From: Phoronis australis
Taxonomy: Eukaryota; Animalia; Phoronida
DNA length: 64,000 nucleotides
Assembly (NCBI GenBank): GCA_002633005.1
Contig: NMRA01000396.1
Location: 1-64,000 of the forward strand
Direction of reading: 5' to 3'
Made by a program: the position numbers and the translations under genes. The notes beneath the pieces were generated by a model. It did not search any database, was not told the DNA's origin, and saw only the letters and a list, made by a program, of their open reading frames with translations. Shown here in pieces: positions 13,262-24,980 of this stretch (position 1 is its first letter; each line of letters starts with the position of its first letter).

Positions 13262-15091
13262 TAAGATTGGTTATGGGTTGAAGGTAAATAAATGGTTGTG
13301 CGTATTATGCTGATAATGATTAACGGTATCACATGGTTTATTCTTTTAGTATACAACTAAACTACGTTACAACAAATAGAAACAACACACCATGACCAGT
13401 AGATGTCAATAGCGTTTAAGATATCGCTTATTTCTTAGTCGTGTCACTCTACTTTATACGAGGAGTAGCACACTCACCGTAAAAAGATGATATTTGGTGA
13501 TGAAACACGTGTCATGACAACTACCTGTGACGAGCTTTGAAGACAGAGAAAATCTAAGCAATAGATGAGGTGGGTCAGCGGGCGAGAGCTGGCTTCTAGT
13601 TTCACTGATGATCAAAATCTGCCACTGTTTTGACACTTTAAGCTTAAACATAAAATCAACAGATAGCAACCCGACGGGAAACAAAACAATTAAGTAGAAT
13701 GGATTATTTAAAATAAAATGACGAAAACTGTTACAAAACATTTAATGGTCATTTGGGAAATTTCCTTTGTCAAGATGAACCCAAGTTACTGTTCTTGATT
13801 ATTTTGTATTATCTAAGATGTCATCACATCCGTACTTCCAACATTTCAAACTATGTGCAACTGTCAGAGAAAACCAATTTTGCTGTAATAACAATGGCAA
13901 GTGTTAAGGAAGTAATGCTAGTCATTACCTTTGCACATCACTGTCTTGAATACAAAGGGTGTGCTGAATAGCAGCATTATGAATTATGTCTGATGGAAAA
14001 GAGTATCTCAGCAGTAAACAGTGTAAGCGAGAAATTCTCCACTAATGTTGAAGTTTTCAAAAATCGAGCTTAGCTCAATGGATACCCCTTGAATTTGCTA
14101 TTCAAGTGCCTTGGGCATCAATCTGGACAAACATGGTACAGAGATGTATTTCCTGCATCAACCAGGAAACTCATTTATCATATTAATGCTATCTGTGCTT
14201 TTCCCGAACTAGATACGTTCTGATTTGCTGTCCTTATGAACCACTAGCAAATTTTTCATCCCACTCACTATCACAGGATCTGTTTTTTTTTTATTGCACG
14301 GACACATTATGCTTACTAATCTGTTTGTCCTTTCTTTCTATTTGGTAACTTTAAGCCATGTTTAAAGCTTTTAAACTAACAGTGTATGTGCTTGAGATGC
14401 AAATGCCGTTTACATTATTTTCGTCCACTAGAATGGTAAGGGTCCATCCAAATTTTGACAACATGGCTGACAAGAAGGATTTTTTCGTTTTTGTGCACCC
14501 ACATATGTATATTGGTTACACATTGGTTCAATCTCTGCCCAGTGTCTGGCATTCGTGGCTGTATCTCCTAATCCCTGTGATCTCTCTGTGTGTATTTCTG
14601 TGGACGTTACAATGGATTAAGACTGTCAGATGGATCCCACTACTGTTGTGCCTAGTGGTACACTTTTTTGCCTCTGTACCTGAGGTGGAGATTTTCATGA
14701 AATTTGGCATATAGGTGTTTATTGGGAAGATGACACCACCTTCTAATTTTCGTGCGGGTTTGAAATTAGTAAGATCTTACAATAAAGTAATATTTCAAAC
14801 CAACAGACCTGCTTTTCTCTGCACTATCTTTTATATTTTTGTAATTGCTTTTAGCCTTCTAACAAATTATATAATATATTAATTTATCTAAATGGGATGG
14901 CCAGGGCCAATAAAAGCTATGTAAGGCGGGCAAGGCAGGGGGTCTTCAATAGTTTTGCATGTGCTGTGAACATTTCATGTCCTTTTAGACATGGTCAAAA
15001 AAATGCGCTCAAACATTGATGATGGTTTTTTAAATCACAGGTGAAGAGTCCAGTTCATGATTGCTATAGTGTAGTTAGTGACTTTGAAGTC

Positions 15092-15199
15092 AATGGTCTG
15101 ATATAACCTGCTCGTCTTTTGAGAACCAGTTTGATGCCCGTCATTCAGTGGAGAAAACTGGTTCTCAAAATTCGGGCACATTATATACGTAAGACCATT
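15092..15199. repeat. ~110-bp imperfect palindrome / hairpin
   Basis: aatggtct..ttttgagaaccagttt pairs with aaactggttctcaaaa..agaccatt. Confidence 0.75.
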
Positions 15200-16260
15200 A
15201 CCGACTTAGAATGCAACAGTTATAAACTACATTTTTCAACTGTATTTAGCTGTAGAAATGAGCACCCTGCAGATATGGCTTGCAATTGAGAAACATCCTG
15301 TCTTAGAGGGTGCTCGACTCCGAGACCCTTATTGATTCATGTTACAGAATCAGGACTTGACCAACAGGAGGAATATTGCCGGCCTGGAGTTCCCATGAGA
15401 TATTAGGCAACTTTAGGAAAAAATAGAGAAGTCACCTATAAAGACCTTTTGGCTAAATCTATGTCTGCAAAACCACATACGGCAAACTCTCACCACTTTT
15501 GGACAAAAATAATCGCCACATTAACCAATTTTCATTTTTCAAGGGCTACCCAACATTTTAGTTGTGAAGATTTACAATTGTTTAAAATATTAACTCATGG
15601 GAGCTATGTTACAGATCTTAGAAATGGTAAAGCTTTGATTAGGTGGCTCTTTTATGAAACACAAGAAAAAATTCACTTGTCCTCCAATAAATCAGTCCTA
15701 AATTAGCAGTGAGGAATTTACCACATTCAGTAGTGGATTTACATTTGAGGGCTCCTTAGGCTAGAGTTGCGCAATGAAGATTCTCCATAAATGGGAAGGT
15801 GCACCAAGCTCATCATAAAAGACCCCCGGCAGTGTTTTTACCCCCTTCCCTCCCTCCTGAGATAATTTGCACCAGCCCCTTCGCAGCATGATGTGATAAT
15901 TCGACCGCCATATTGAGTGGCCCTGTTTCTGCAAGGTGGCCCTCTCTGGAGAGACCCAAGATGAACAATGGTAAAGTTAATCTGAATACAACAACTGGCC
16001 CATCCACTGGTGTAAATCTTACTAATTTAAGACGTAATATGACCGACAAGTGAAATTTCATTTTTATGATTTTGACATGAAAGAATTGTAGCACAAAATT
16101 ATTGCACTACCTTCACCATGTTCACGTTAAGTGCCACATGTACCAACAGATAATACTTTGAAAAAAGAATATGGACAATCACCTTAATGTTAGAACCCCT
16201 TCAATGTCAATTATTAATCTGAATCCCCCCGCCCCGCTCCACCCTACTCTGACCCCCCCC

Positions 16261-16660
16261 NNNNNNNNNNNNNNNNNNNNNNNNNNNNNNNNNNNNNNNN
16301 NNNNNNNNNNNNNNNNNNNNNNNNNNNNNNNNNNNNNNNNNNNNNNNNNNNNNNNNNNNNNNNNNNNNNNNNNNNNNNNNNNNNNNNNNNNNNNNNNNNN
16401 NNNNNNNNNNNNNNNNNNNNNNNNNNNNNNNNNNNNNNNNNNNNNNNNNNNNNNNNNNNNNNNNNNNNNNNNNNNNNNNNNNNNNNNNNNNNNNNNNNNN
16501 NNNNNNNNNNNNNNNNNNNNNNNNNNNNNNNNNNNNNNNNNNNNNNNNNNNNNNNNNNNNNNNNNNNNNNNNNNNNNNNNNNNNNNNNNNNNNNNNNNNN
16601 NNNNNNNNNNNNNNNNNNNNNNNNNNNNNNNNNNNNNNNNNNNNNNNNNNNNNNNNNNNN
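16261..16660. other. assembly gap (400 N)
   Basis: Run of n preceded by a C-rich tract. Confidence 1.
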
Positions 16661-17091
16661 CAGTTTTTAAAATTTTCTCCAAACGTTTGTGGGTTGTCAA
16701 GGGCTAGAGAGCATTATTTTGTACCGTTGTTTTCAATATCTGTTCATACATGTTAGTTCAAGATCGGGCTAGGTATCCTCTTAAAGAGACTGATCTAAGA
16801 AAATGTTTGTGGGCATTGGATGGTCATCAAACAGGTGTGGGCAAGCTGAGGAAGGACACAACTTGTAGGTAATAGGAATAATCTAATAAGTGGAAATTTT
16901 CAATTAAACTTTGTATAAGGGAACATAAGGAGATAATGTAATGAAAATCATCACCATGCCAACCATCACAAGGCGAAAGGGTTCTAACCAAACACAGTCG
17001 TACGAACAACACTAAGAACACTAAGAACACAACGGCTTAGCGTAACGGCACGTTTTCTTTGAAAGACTTCAACAGTGCCCGCACCAGTTGG

Positions 17092-19253
17092 TTACATCTT
17101 GGTTGTTTCTGAATCATTTAACTCCGAGCAGTTGTTGTAATCGCTACACTCACTCTTAGAGGTCTTCCGTTGACCTGCGTTGCTGGATAACGCACTATTG
17201 GGGCTAGTTCTCCTTGAAACAAACTTACGGTACTTCAGAAAGATAGTTTTCGTGCAGATAAAAGCAAAAAATATGAAGAGCCCTTGCAGGGAATTGAACG
17301 TGATGAACAGATACCATAACACGTGACTTCCAGTAAGAGCTCCTAAATAGCCAAAGATCCACGTGCTTCCCATAACAGTGGAAAGTTTAACTGTTATCAG
17401 AAACACGTGATTATTTTCACCTTTTTTCTTGATATTCTTTCTGACTCGCCGTTTGACTTTTATAAGCTGGATAATAGTTAACACAATGAAAGTCTTATTG
17501 ATGAATATGAGAATCGCTAAAGGCATCGCAAACCCATAAAGAATTGCTTCGAACCCGGAAATCCAGCACATTTTTTCGTCTGCGTATCGGAAAGGTACTT
17601 CAGTGGCGAATTCCAACACAATGCACGAGGCAATAATCAATAAAGGACTCAGCAACGAATACAGCGCGTACTTATAAATTGCATACGGAGATGGTTTTTG
17701 TGCCTCCAAAACGTTATGAAAGGTTTTGAAAACACAAAAACACATACTATTCATCCAGAAGAACGCGCACAACCACAGAAAATGTTCAACTACAGCCACT
17801 GTCTTACATAATGCTGGAATTTCAGTACGGTCAATTGCGGCTAACATTATGAGTTGTGCCATAAAAAGTGTTATAGCGAGGTTCATCATAATTTGACCAG
17901 GCAGTGTTCGAAGTTCCTTGAAAAGTGCGTACGTCAGCACAAATATTGAAAGTCCACACAAACTGATCAGGTTTCCGGCAACCGTCAGTTTGTACTGAGC
18001 TTTGTTGTATTCAAAAAAACGTAGACCAGACCCATTCGTAAACGGATTGCAAACATACAATAAATTGCCTTCAATGAAGTAGTCACCTGGCTGAAACGAC
18101 AAACCAGAGTTTACATATGCAATATCGTCCTTCACTTCATACTCGTCATCTCTGTATGTGATCATTGAACACTTAAGATCTAAAGAATTATTGACGGAAT
18201 TGGTATGATTCAAAGACGTATTGCTCAACTTACTTATGTTCAGAGTTTCATTTCCACACGATCCATCAAGCATTCTCCATTTTCGCCGTGGGCAAACTAA
18301 TGGACGACATTTCTTTGCCAGTGTGTCATAGACGCTGTTTTCAGAACAGTGCACAAATGGCCTACTTATCTTACGACTAAATTCGTCGCTCATCCCTGTG
18401 AAATCTATTAGATGCGAAAATCCCCAATATCCATCAATGGGGAGTGAACGAGGGTCGACACAAAATAGTCTTCGCCATCCTCCACGAGTACAACGCCCGA
18501 ATTTCAACTTCACGACATCATCATCAGTATCGGGGAAGTAGTCTGAGAAATACATGTATGACCAACATTCTACCGCGGTACGCGGACAACTGTTCCTACA
18601 TCTTGTGCTCTTAGGTTCCACGAGTAAGTTACAGTTGTGTGTGAACGATGGTACCTTATAAACTAACTTAAAACCGCTCGAGTTGTATAGTGTTCGTATC
18701 AGTGCAGTACCAGTAAGATTTTTCACAGTGTTATAAAACAGCCGCTTTTGCTCTTCGTATGGCTTCATATTGTGGATTTCAAAGCTGCTTCGCCAAAAGG
18801 CTCCCCCTTGAAGAAGTTGTGACACATCCACACGATGACAGATTGCGCAATAGATGTTCCGGAAGGAGTAGTACCTCCCATCTTTCAAATATCCGTTCAC
18901 AGGCAAAACCTGGAACACGTCTTCATTGTTTTTAAAGTGGCACTTGTTAGTAATAATAGCGTCGTTAAAATCACCAGGACAACGCGAGACGACTATACTT
19001 CCGAAAGACGCAGCGGCAAAATCTAACTCAAGACACTCTGTGTAAGGTTTGATTGATGTGAAATTCGTTGCACTTGGTTTGTAATCGTGACAACAATCGC
19101 CGAAATCGGTACAGAACTGATCACAATAACACACTTGTATCTGACGTTGTTCCCTATCTTCTACGAAAGGCGATGAGCAAGAAATACCACAGGCCTGATA
19201 CAACGATGGCTTAGAAGGCTGAGAATCACAGGGAACTCCACACGTTTGGAACA
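17092..19253 (-). CDS. family B (secretin/Methuselah-like) GPCR with somatomedin-B-like domain, paralog 1, main coding exon
   Basis: Uninterrupted 2.16-kb frame. SMB-like CYCDQFCTDFGDCCHDY, FRNIYCAICH motif, N-glycan-rich stalk, seven hydrophobic segments with class B motifs (LRTLPGQIMMNL, CKTVAVVEHFLWLCAFFWM, CWI, VMGSTWIFG, FNSLQGLFIF). Acceptor ttttcag at 19254-19260 (phase 1). Confidence 0.93.
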
Positions 19254-19440
19254 CTGAAAACAGCACATGTCATTGGGTATGTGTTGCATGTAAGGAAGTG
19301 TTTACTTGATAGGTGTTAAACTACAAGTCATCTTCGAATCACAAAACCAATGACGTTTACAAGACAATAACTGTAGACAAACGATGCCCATATATGCAGT
19401 CCTGCTCACATGTGTACGCCTCTATCAATGTTTCAAAAAG

Positions 19441-19602
19441 CAGGGGCGGATCCAGGATTTTGAATTAAGGGGTGGGGGCAGGGCACAGTATTGGTCAGAA
19501 TTTTGCCCGTCAAACATATGCACTCCCGAAGTGCCAACTGGAAATTGTGAGAATTTTAGGGCGGGGCATGCCCCCCTTGGCCCCCCTCTAAATCCGCCAC
19601 TG
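19441..19602. mobile_element. MITE with CAGGGGCGGAT termini (intronic)
   Basis: TIR caggggcggat ... atccgccactg; aaag on both flanks. Confidence 0.75.
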
Positions 19603-19882
19603 AAAGCGCCCATGCATTGACGACAATAGCCCATGAACACGTTGTTCCAAAGACGCAAGAATCATGACAAAAACAAGATCACACAAAACTATACAAAATC
19701 CGCTTCCTTTTATTGGAAAACGCGGCAAGTTAGTTTACTTGACTCCTAAGCCCAAATAATACTCATTCCACATTTGCAAGCTTAACTGAATTTGACACGA
19801 TTGTTAATTATAGTATTTTTTCATCATGCACTACCACCTAATGTAGCTGCCTTCGTCAGTTACCTGTCCCAGGTGTGTGGCG

Positions 19883-20691
19883 CATAGGCGGATTTAGGGG
19901 GGGGCCCAGGGGGCCCGGCCCCCCCCCCCTTGGCTGCCGCAAAAAAAATNAAGTGTAGGCTCTCCCGCGATATCCCAGGCGACCGGCAGTGGCGCTGCGC
20001 ACTACGACCCCGTTTCCGTTGTCTGCTCCACTGTGCAATGGAGAAAATTTACTTCATTTTTTAGAGAAAATGGAACCTGAGTGACGATGGAAAAACAGAA
20101 GCTGCGGGTAAGATGTGAAATTTAATCGAAGCCTAAGTGAATCACTCAGAAACTCATTAATTCTCTCTTTGTCAAACCTTAACTTAAGACGATTTCCAAG
20201 GCAATCCCGTCATTATTGCCAACACGAAAAACGGATTTGGTCTTTTGGGCATTTGAACACTATCTTAAATACAACAAATTTGTTAAGAACCGATTACACA
20301 AAATATAAAATGTGTAATAAGCATTACAAAAAGAAGTAGGTTTCGCGCGCAAACGCTGTGGACCATAAACAAGTAGGTCTCTTAGTTTCTGTTTATTAGT
20401 GAAGTCGTGGAGGTGTAGTGGTAAAGCACCCGCGTTCTATCAGCCAGGTCGTGAGTTCGAGTCTGTGAAACTCGCAATTTTTCCTGTGTGACACGTTCTC
20501 CGTGTTTTTTTCCTTTTTTTTCTTGGATAATACATCAGAAATCAAGGTAAATGCTTGATTTTTAGAGGAAAAAACTGAAAAATTTCCTCCCCCCATTCGG
20601 TGCTGTGCGCATCTACAATCGTGATTTGCGCAAATGCTTACAGCCGGAAAAAATGTTGGGCTCCCCTTGTGATATCCTAGATCCGCCACTG
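19883..20691. mobile_element. ~810-bp non-autonomous DNA element, CATAGGCGGAT...ATCCGCCACTG termini, 5-bp TSD TGGCG
   Basis: Termini related to the 19441 MITE; tggcg at 19878-19882 and 20692-20696. Confidence 0.6.
20403..20463 (+). other. tRNA-like Pol III head (SINE-like)
   Basis: A-box-like aggtgtagtgg and B-box-like gagttcgagtc at tRNA spacing; no intact cloverleaf. Confidence 0.55.
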
Positions 20692-21029
20692 TGGCGGGTT
20701 GAATATCAAGCCTCCTCTTTGGTTCAAAGGTGGATTTTCAATTCTTTCATATATACCCTCCATGACTCCCCGTTCAAACTAATTTTTCTCCTTGTCAAGG
20801 ATTTCTACATCGTCAAGGTCAAAGCTGACAGTAGGTTAATAGGCCTACGCTAGAGTCATAAGTGTCACGCTGATCCAGATTGGAGACGAGGTAAGGACTT
20901 GTATCGAAGCGAATTATGAAAGTGCTATGTAAGAAGATTATCATCAAAACAACTCGATGAACACGAAACATCACTACTCAAAAGGAGCCCGAATTTTGCT
21001 TCACCCCTGTTAGAGACTCGGAATTACCG

Positions 21030-21715
21030 ATGATCGGTCATCGTGTGGACCCGATTGTCTCTGACGACAATGACAGGACATTAGAGAAACACAGGATTCG
21101 CTATTCTCTGGAAAGGTGCGGATACCCACGTTGGGTCTTCAGCAAGGCTAACCGTAGAACATTCAGACTGAAACTTAAGAACACTGACCAGATCAACCAT
21201 TGGCGAGGATATCTATTCCCTATATATAGAAGACTTTCTGAACAATTACGATCTGTGTTCAGGACATTTGATATCACGACGTCTTTCAAACCTGTTGGCA
21301 CTTTGAGACAAAGGCTTGCACTCTACGGAAAAATAACATAAAGAAAAGACAGCTAATGTGGTCTATGGGATACAGTTTGGAGAGTTCCCAGAAAGTTATA
21401 TAGGTGAAACTAAGCAGTCCTTTAAAACACGATTGTCCCGACATCGTCAGCGGTGACCCTGTCGTATTTCCCCACTGTCAGGTATCTGGTAACAGCTTTG
21501 ACCTTGACAATGTACTTATCCTTGACAAGGAGAGAACGGGAAGTCAAGTAGTGTATATACGAACGGAAGAGGAGGCTTGAAAGTCTACCTGTCACATACC
21601 TGGGACAGGATTCTGACTAAAATTTTCCGCCGAATTTCTCAAGTACGACCGGGTCCACCAGATGTTGCAGAAGTTTAAAAAAGCCAGCAGACGCTGGCAA
21701 AACGTTGTCCTTTCA
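21030..21715 (+). mobile_element. Penelope-like element 3' remnant (RT C-terminus + GIY-YIG endonuclease)
   Basis: ...SLERCGYPRWVF...LSEQLRSVFRTFDITTSFKPVGTLRQRL, then in another frame NVVYGIQFGEFPESYIGETKQSFKTRLSRHR (GIY-YIG). Frameshifted. Confidence 0.85.
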
Positions 21716-22885
21716 TATCAATCAAGTTCCGTAACGACCCATCATTTACTGCATAATTCCTTGCACACTTCCAAAATACCATATTCTCGAAGTTCTAGGT
21801 CAAACGAGACCAACATTTCATAGTGATACACACATCGACAGGGAGCCTCATTGGTGACTCACTGAATGAAAGATCTTTGACTGGAGTCGTGACTTCTATG
21901 TAACCTTTGACTTGGATAAGTAGTAAAAAAATATACACGCGGTTGATGTGTGTATGAGGGAACGAGATTTTCTACCATAAACAGGAAAGATCTCAATTTA
22001 AAGATAAAAAGAGTAAAAAAGAAATTAAAAAAATAAAATAAAACTAAGGCCCTACATGTACATATCCTTAACATTCGATTTCACCACGCTGTCGTTAATT
22101 ACACAAGAAAAAATACTTTATTCTAATCCCTCCGAAAATTCGTAAGTACATTCAGTTTTACTATGTTAAAACATCCGAGAGAAAGTCATAAAATGGTAAT
22201 TACCGACTAAGCTAGCCGTCCAGTTTGCCGACCCAAGCAACGACTGCAAAGGCGACTCGTGCAGCTGACGACTCCTTGCAGACCGTTGCTGATCGGCTTC
22301 TGGTCGGCTAGACGACACGTCGGACAGAATTCGTGATGTGTGCTGCAGGACGCCTGTGAGTGGAGGAGTTTACTGACCGATTACATGTACTTACACAAAG
22401 TGAAACATTTTTAGAAATTCCCACGATATATTTTAGCAACGTATATGGCTCAACCATTTCGATACAGGTACACATACCTTCACACGCCTGCTCTGCAGAG
22501 CTATTACATCTCGACGGAATCCCTGCAGCGGATGCTGCTGTTGGCCCTGCATCTGAAAAAATTCAGGGCACGCTTTTATAATCACTAAACGTGAGAACAC
22601 GCCACATGTCCAGTCAACAACTCCTTGTTTTATTCAAAAAATTGTATAAAAGCTTGTGTTCCTGCCTACAGTATGAAATGGGTATCCATTTAGGAGTAAA
22701 GGTGAATGTGTACGAAAATTGGAATTGGTTTGATAAAACATTTGGTGGAGATCCGTGTAAAACAAGATTAGTGCCTTCCTGGATAAATGAAAATGTCTCG
22801 TGATCTGTTAATCGAGTAATCGATAATTTACCTGCGTCAACTTTGACGCGACCCCGTCTTCACCCCCATTGGTTAACTAGTTTTA

Positions 22886-23736
22886 GGATTGGTCTAAAAC
22901 ACCTCGATCCCCAAACCCTCGACCCACAAACCCCCACGATCCACGACCCACAGCCCCCTCGACCCACAACCTGTGGCAATAGAAGTATCTTTGCGCTTTT
23001 TACACATTTCATTACTATATTGCGTCGCTGAATGACCTTCCCATAAGACATACTTACACGCGAGTCTGCTCTGGCTTAAGTCTAGTGGTTAAAAACAGAA
23101 AGTGGCGTGAGAACGCTGATCCAAAATAGCGAATTGTGAGCGCGCTATCCTTGTCAAAAAAGGTTAACGAGCGGCTAACAATGGCCCAGATCTACTAAGC
23201 TTAGGGAGGGAGTGCGTTAACGTGATTGTACAAAATTTCACATTTATATTATTAGCGTTCTGTTATATACATGTACTCGTTTACAATATACTCCTTAATC
23301 ACAATGAAATACTTTTTTGGTTAATAATTTTGTTTTTCAAACATTGATAACTGAAGAAATTACACATTCATCTGTTCCTCGCACTCGCCCTCCCCCGAAA
23401 ACGTTGGAACCTGCCATTCACTGAAGAGCAGACGAAACGATTACACCCTATCGGGAACGTTGGTAGGTCTTTAATTTGATTTCGACGCGTTGTTTTTTCT
23501 GCTTTTGGATTACAAACTTGCCGAATCGACTCTCTTAATTGCAAACGAAAACGGGAAAAGCCAGCCGAGCGGCCCGACTCGTTGGTCTTGTAAGTCAATG
23601 CTTGTTTTACCCTCAGATTGAGTAGAGCTTGTATAGGCTGGTTCAGGGGGTTGTGGATCGTTGGTCGAGGGGATCTTGGGTCGAGGGGGTCGTGGATAGA
23701 GGGGGTATGGGGGTTGAGGGAGTTTTAGAACAATCC
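22886..23736 (-). mobile_element. foldback-like MITE family (9-bp TSD), copy 1
   Basis: TIR ggattggtctaaaac ... gttttagaacaatcc with subterminal gacccac/cccctcga repeats. Body is the reverse complement of 31678-32465. TSD ctagtttta/ctatttttt (7/9). Confidence 0.85.
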
Positions 23737-24925
23737 CTATTTTTTATTCGCGTACTTGTGCAGTAACGGCAGTCTTGTTGAAATCGTTGTCACGGATTTT
23801 CTTCAAAATGGCTGGTTTCAGTGTATTTATCTCGAACACAAATTCTCAAAGACATTTATAAATATCCAAAAAGGTGTCTTTTCTGTAGCCTTCAAAAGGA
23901 AAAAAAACAACAAAGGTTTGTTTTCCTACTTTTACTATCAGTGAGTTGCAAACTGCAAATGTGAACGCACAAAATCATCTGTACACGATGAGTGCATGCT
24001 TCGTTTCCCTAATCATACACTTACCGACAACTGTTACACCAAAATTTTCCACGAACATACCCCACACCCCCTGGGCCGCGAACAGATTCCAACAGCTGTT
24101 CAATCACAGAATAGTTATTTAAGGACAAAATCAAGTTGGGCAGCATTGATCCCCAGACCTACCGCCCGTCGACGTCTTTCTGTCAGGTTACCTGTTAGGC
24201 TGACAGGCCAATGAACAATACCTTCGACGTTCTAAGAACACGACATGAGAGGAAAACGAAAATTGAAATGTCACTCCCAGCGATAAAATGTGTGTGGCTG
24301 CTGGGGTGGGCATTTTGAGTAAAATTCAACACAGATTTGTTAGCTATTTTTATACAATCATAATAAAACTGATAGTTGTCTCCACTCATAACTTGATTAA
24401 TTCGTTCCTATTTAGAAATAAAAAGAGGTATTCCTTGCACTTTTCCTTCTGGGATAAATGAGTAAACCTACTTATGAGTAGCCATCCAAAATGAAAATTA
24501 CAGTTTTCAACACAGGATTTAATGATAAAAACAGCAGGAATTCAAATATCGTTTTAAGTTGTTCCCATGAAGTGCATTCTCGCAATAATAAGGTTTTCAC
24601 ATCAGATTCCAACCAGAGTGCCTTTACTTTTGGGACACACTATACACTGTATTGTTTGTTACTGTATATGTTTAGCTGTATATTGTGCTTTAACATACAA
24701 TTTGGTTTAAATAACAATTATTAAACTTCTGACAAGCCACACATGTATGTCGGTCACACAAATCTTTTGAAACTTATTATCGATCACTATATGTGAATAG
24801 CATACATGTATGGCGTGTACGGAGGTTAATAATTCCTACCAATATGCGACAATTTATAACAACACATTTACTGTTTCGTTGTTTCTATAAATGTAGTATT
24901 CTTCCTAAATAAACGATACACTTAC

Positions 24926-24980
24926 CAAGAACATGAAGGGAGCTGTATAACAAAACTGTCGAAAACAGCAGCGTACCCAT
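24926..24980 (-). CDS. signal-peptide exon of GPCR paralog 1
   Basis: ATG at 24980 encodes MGTLLFSTVLLYSSLHVL + G|gtaag. The phase-1 donor joins the phase-1 acceptor at 19253 to give ...HVLVFQTCGVPC (738 aa total). The exon itself is preceded by acceptor tttccag at 25019-25025. Confidence 0.8.

Noticed and set aside
16171-16707. 178/173-aa ORFs
   Set aside because: Artefacts of the 400-N gap.
17092-19253. Canonical adhesion GPCR (latrophilin/ADGR) call or a gene symbol
   Set aside because: No GPS motif (C.C.HLT.F) before TM1 and no recognisable one-to-one ortholog.
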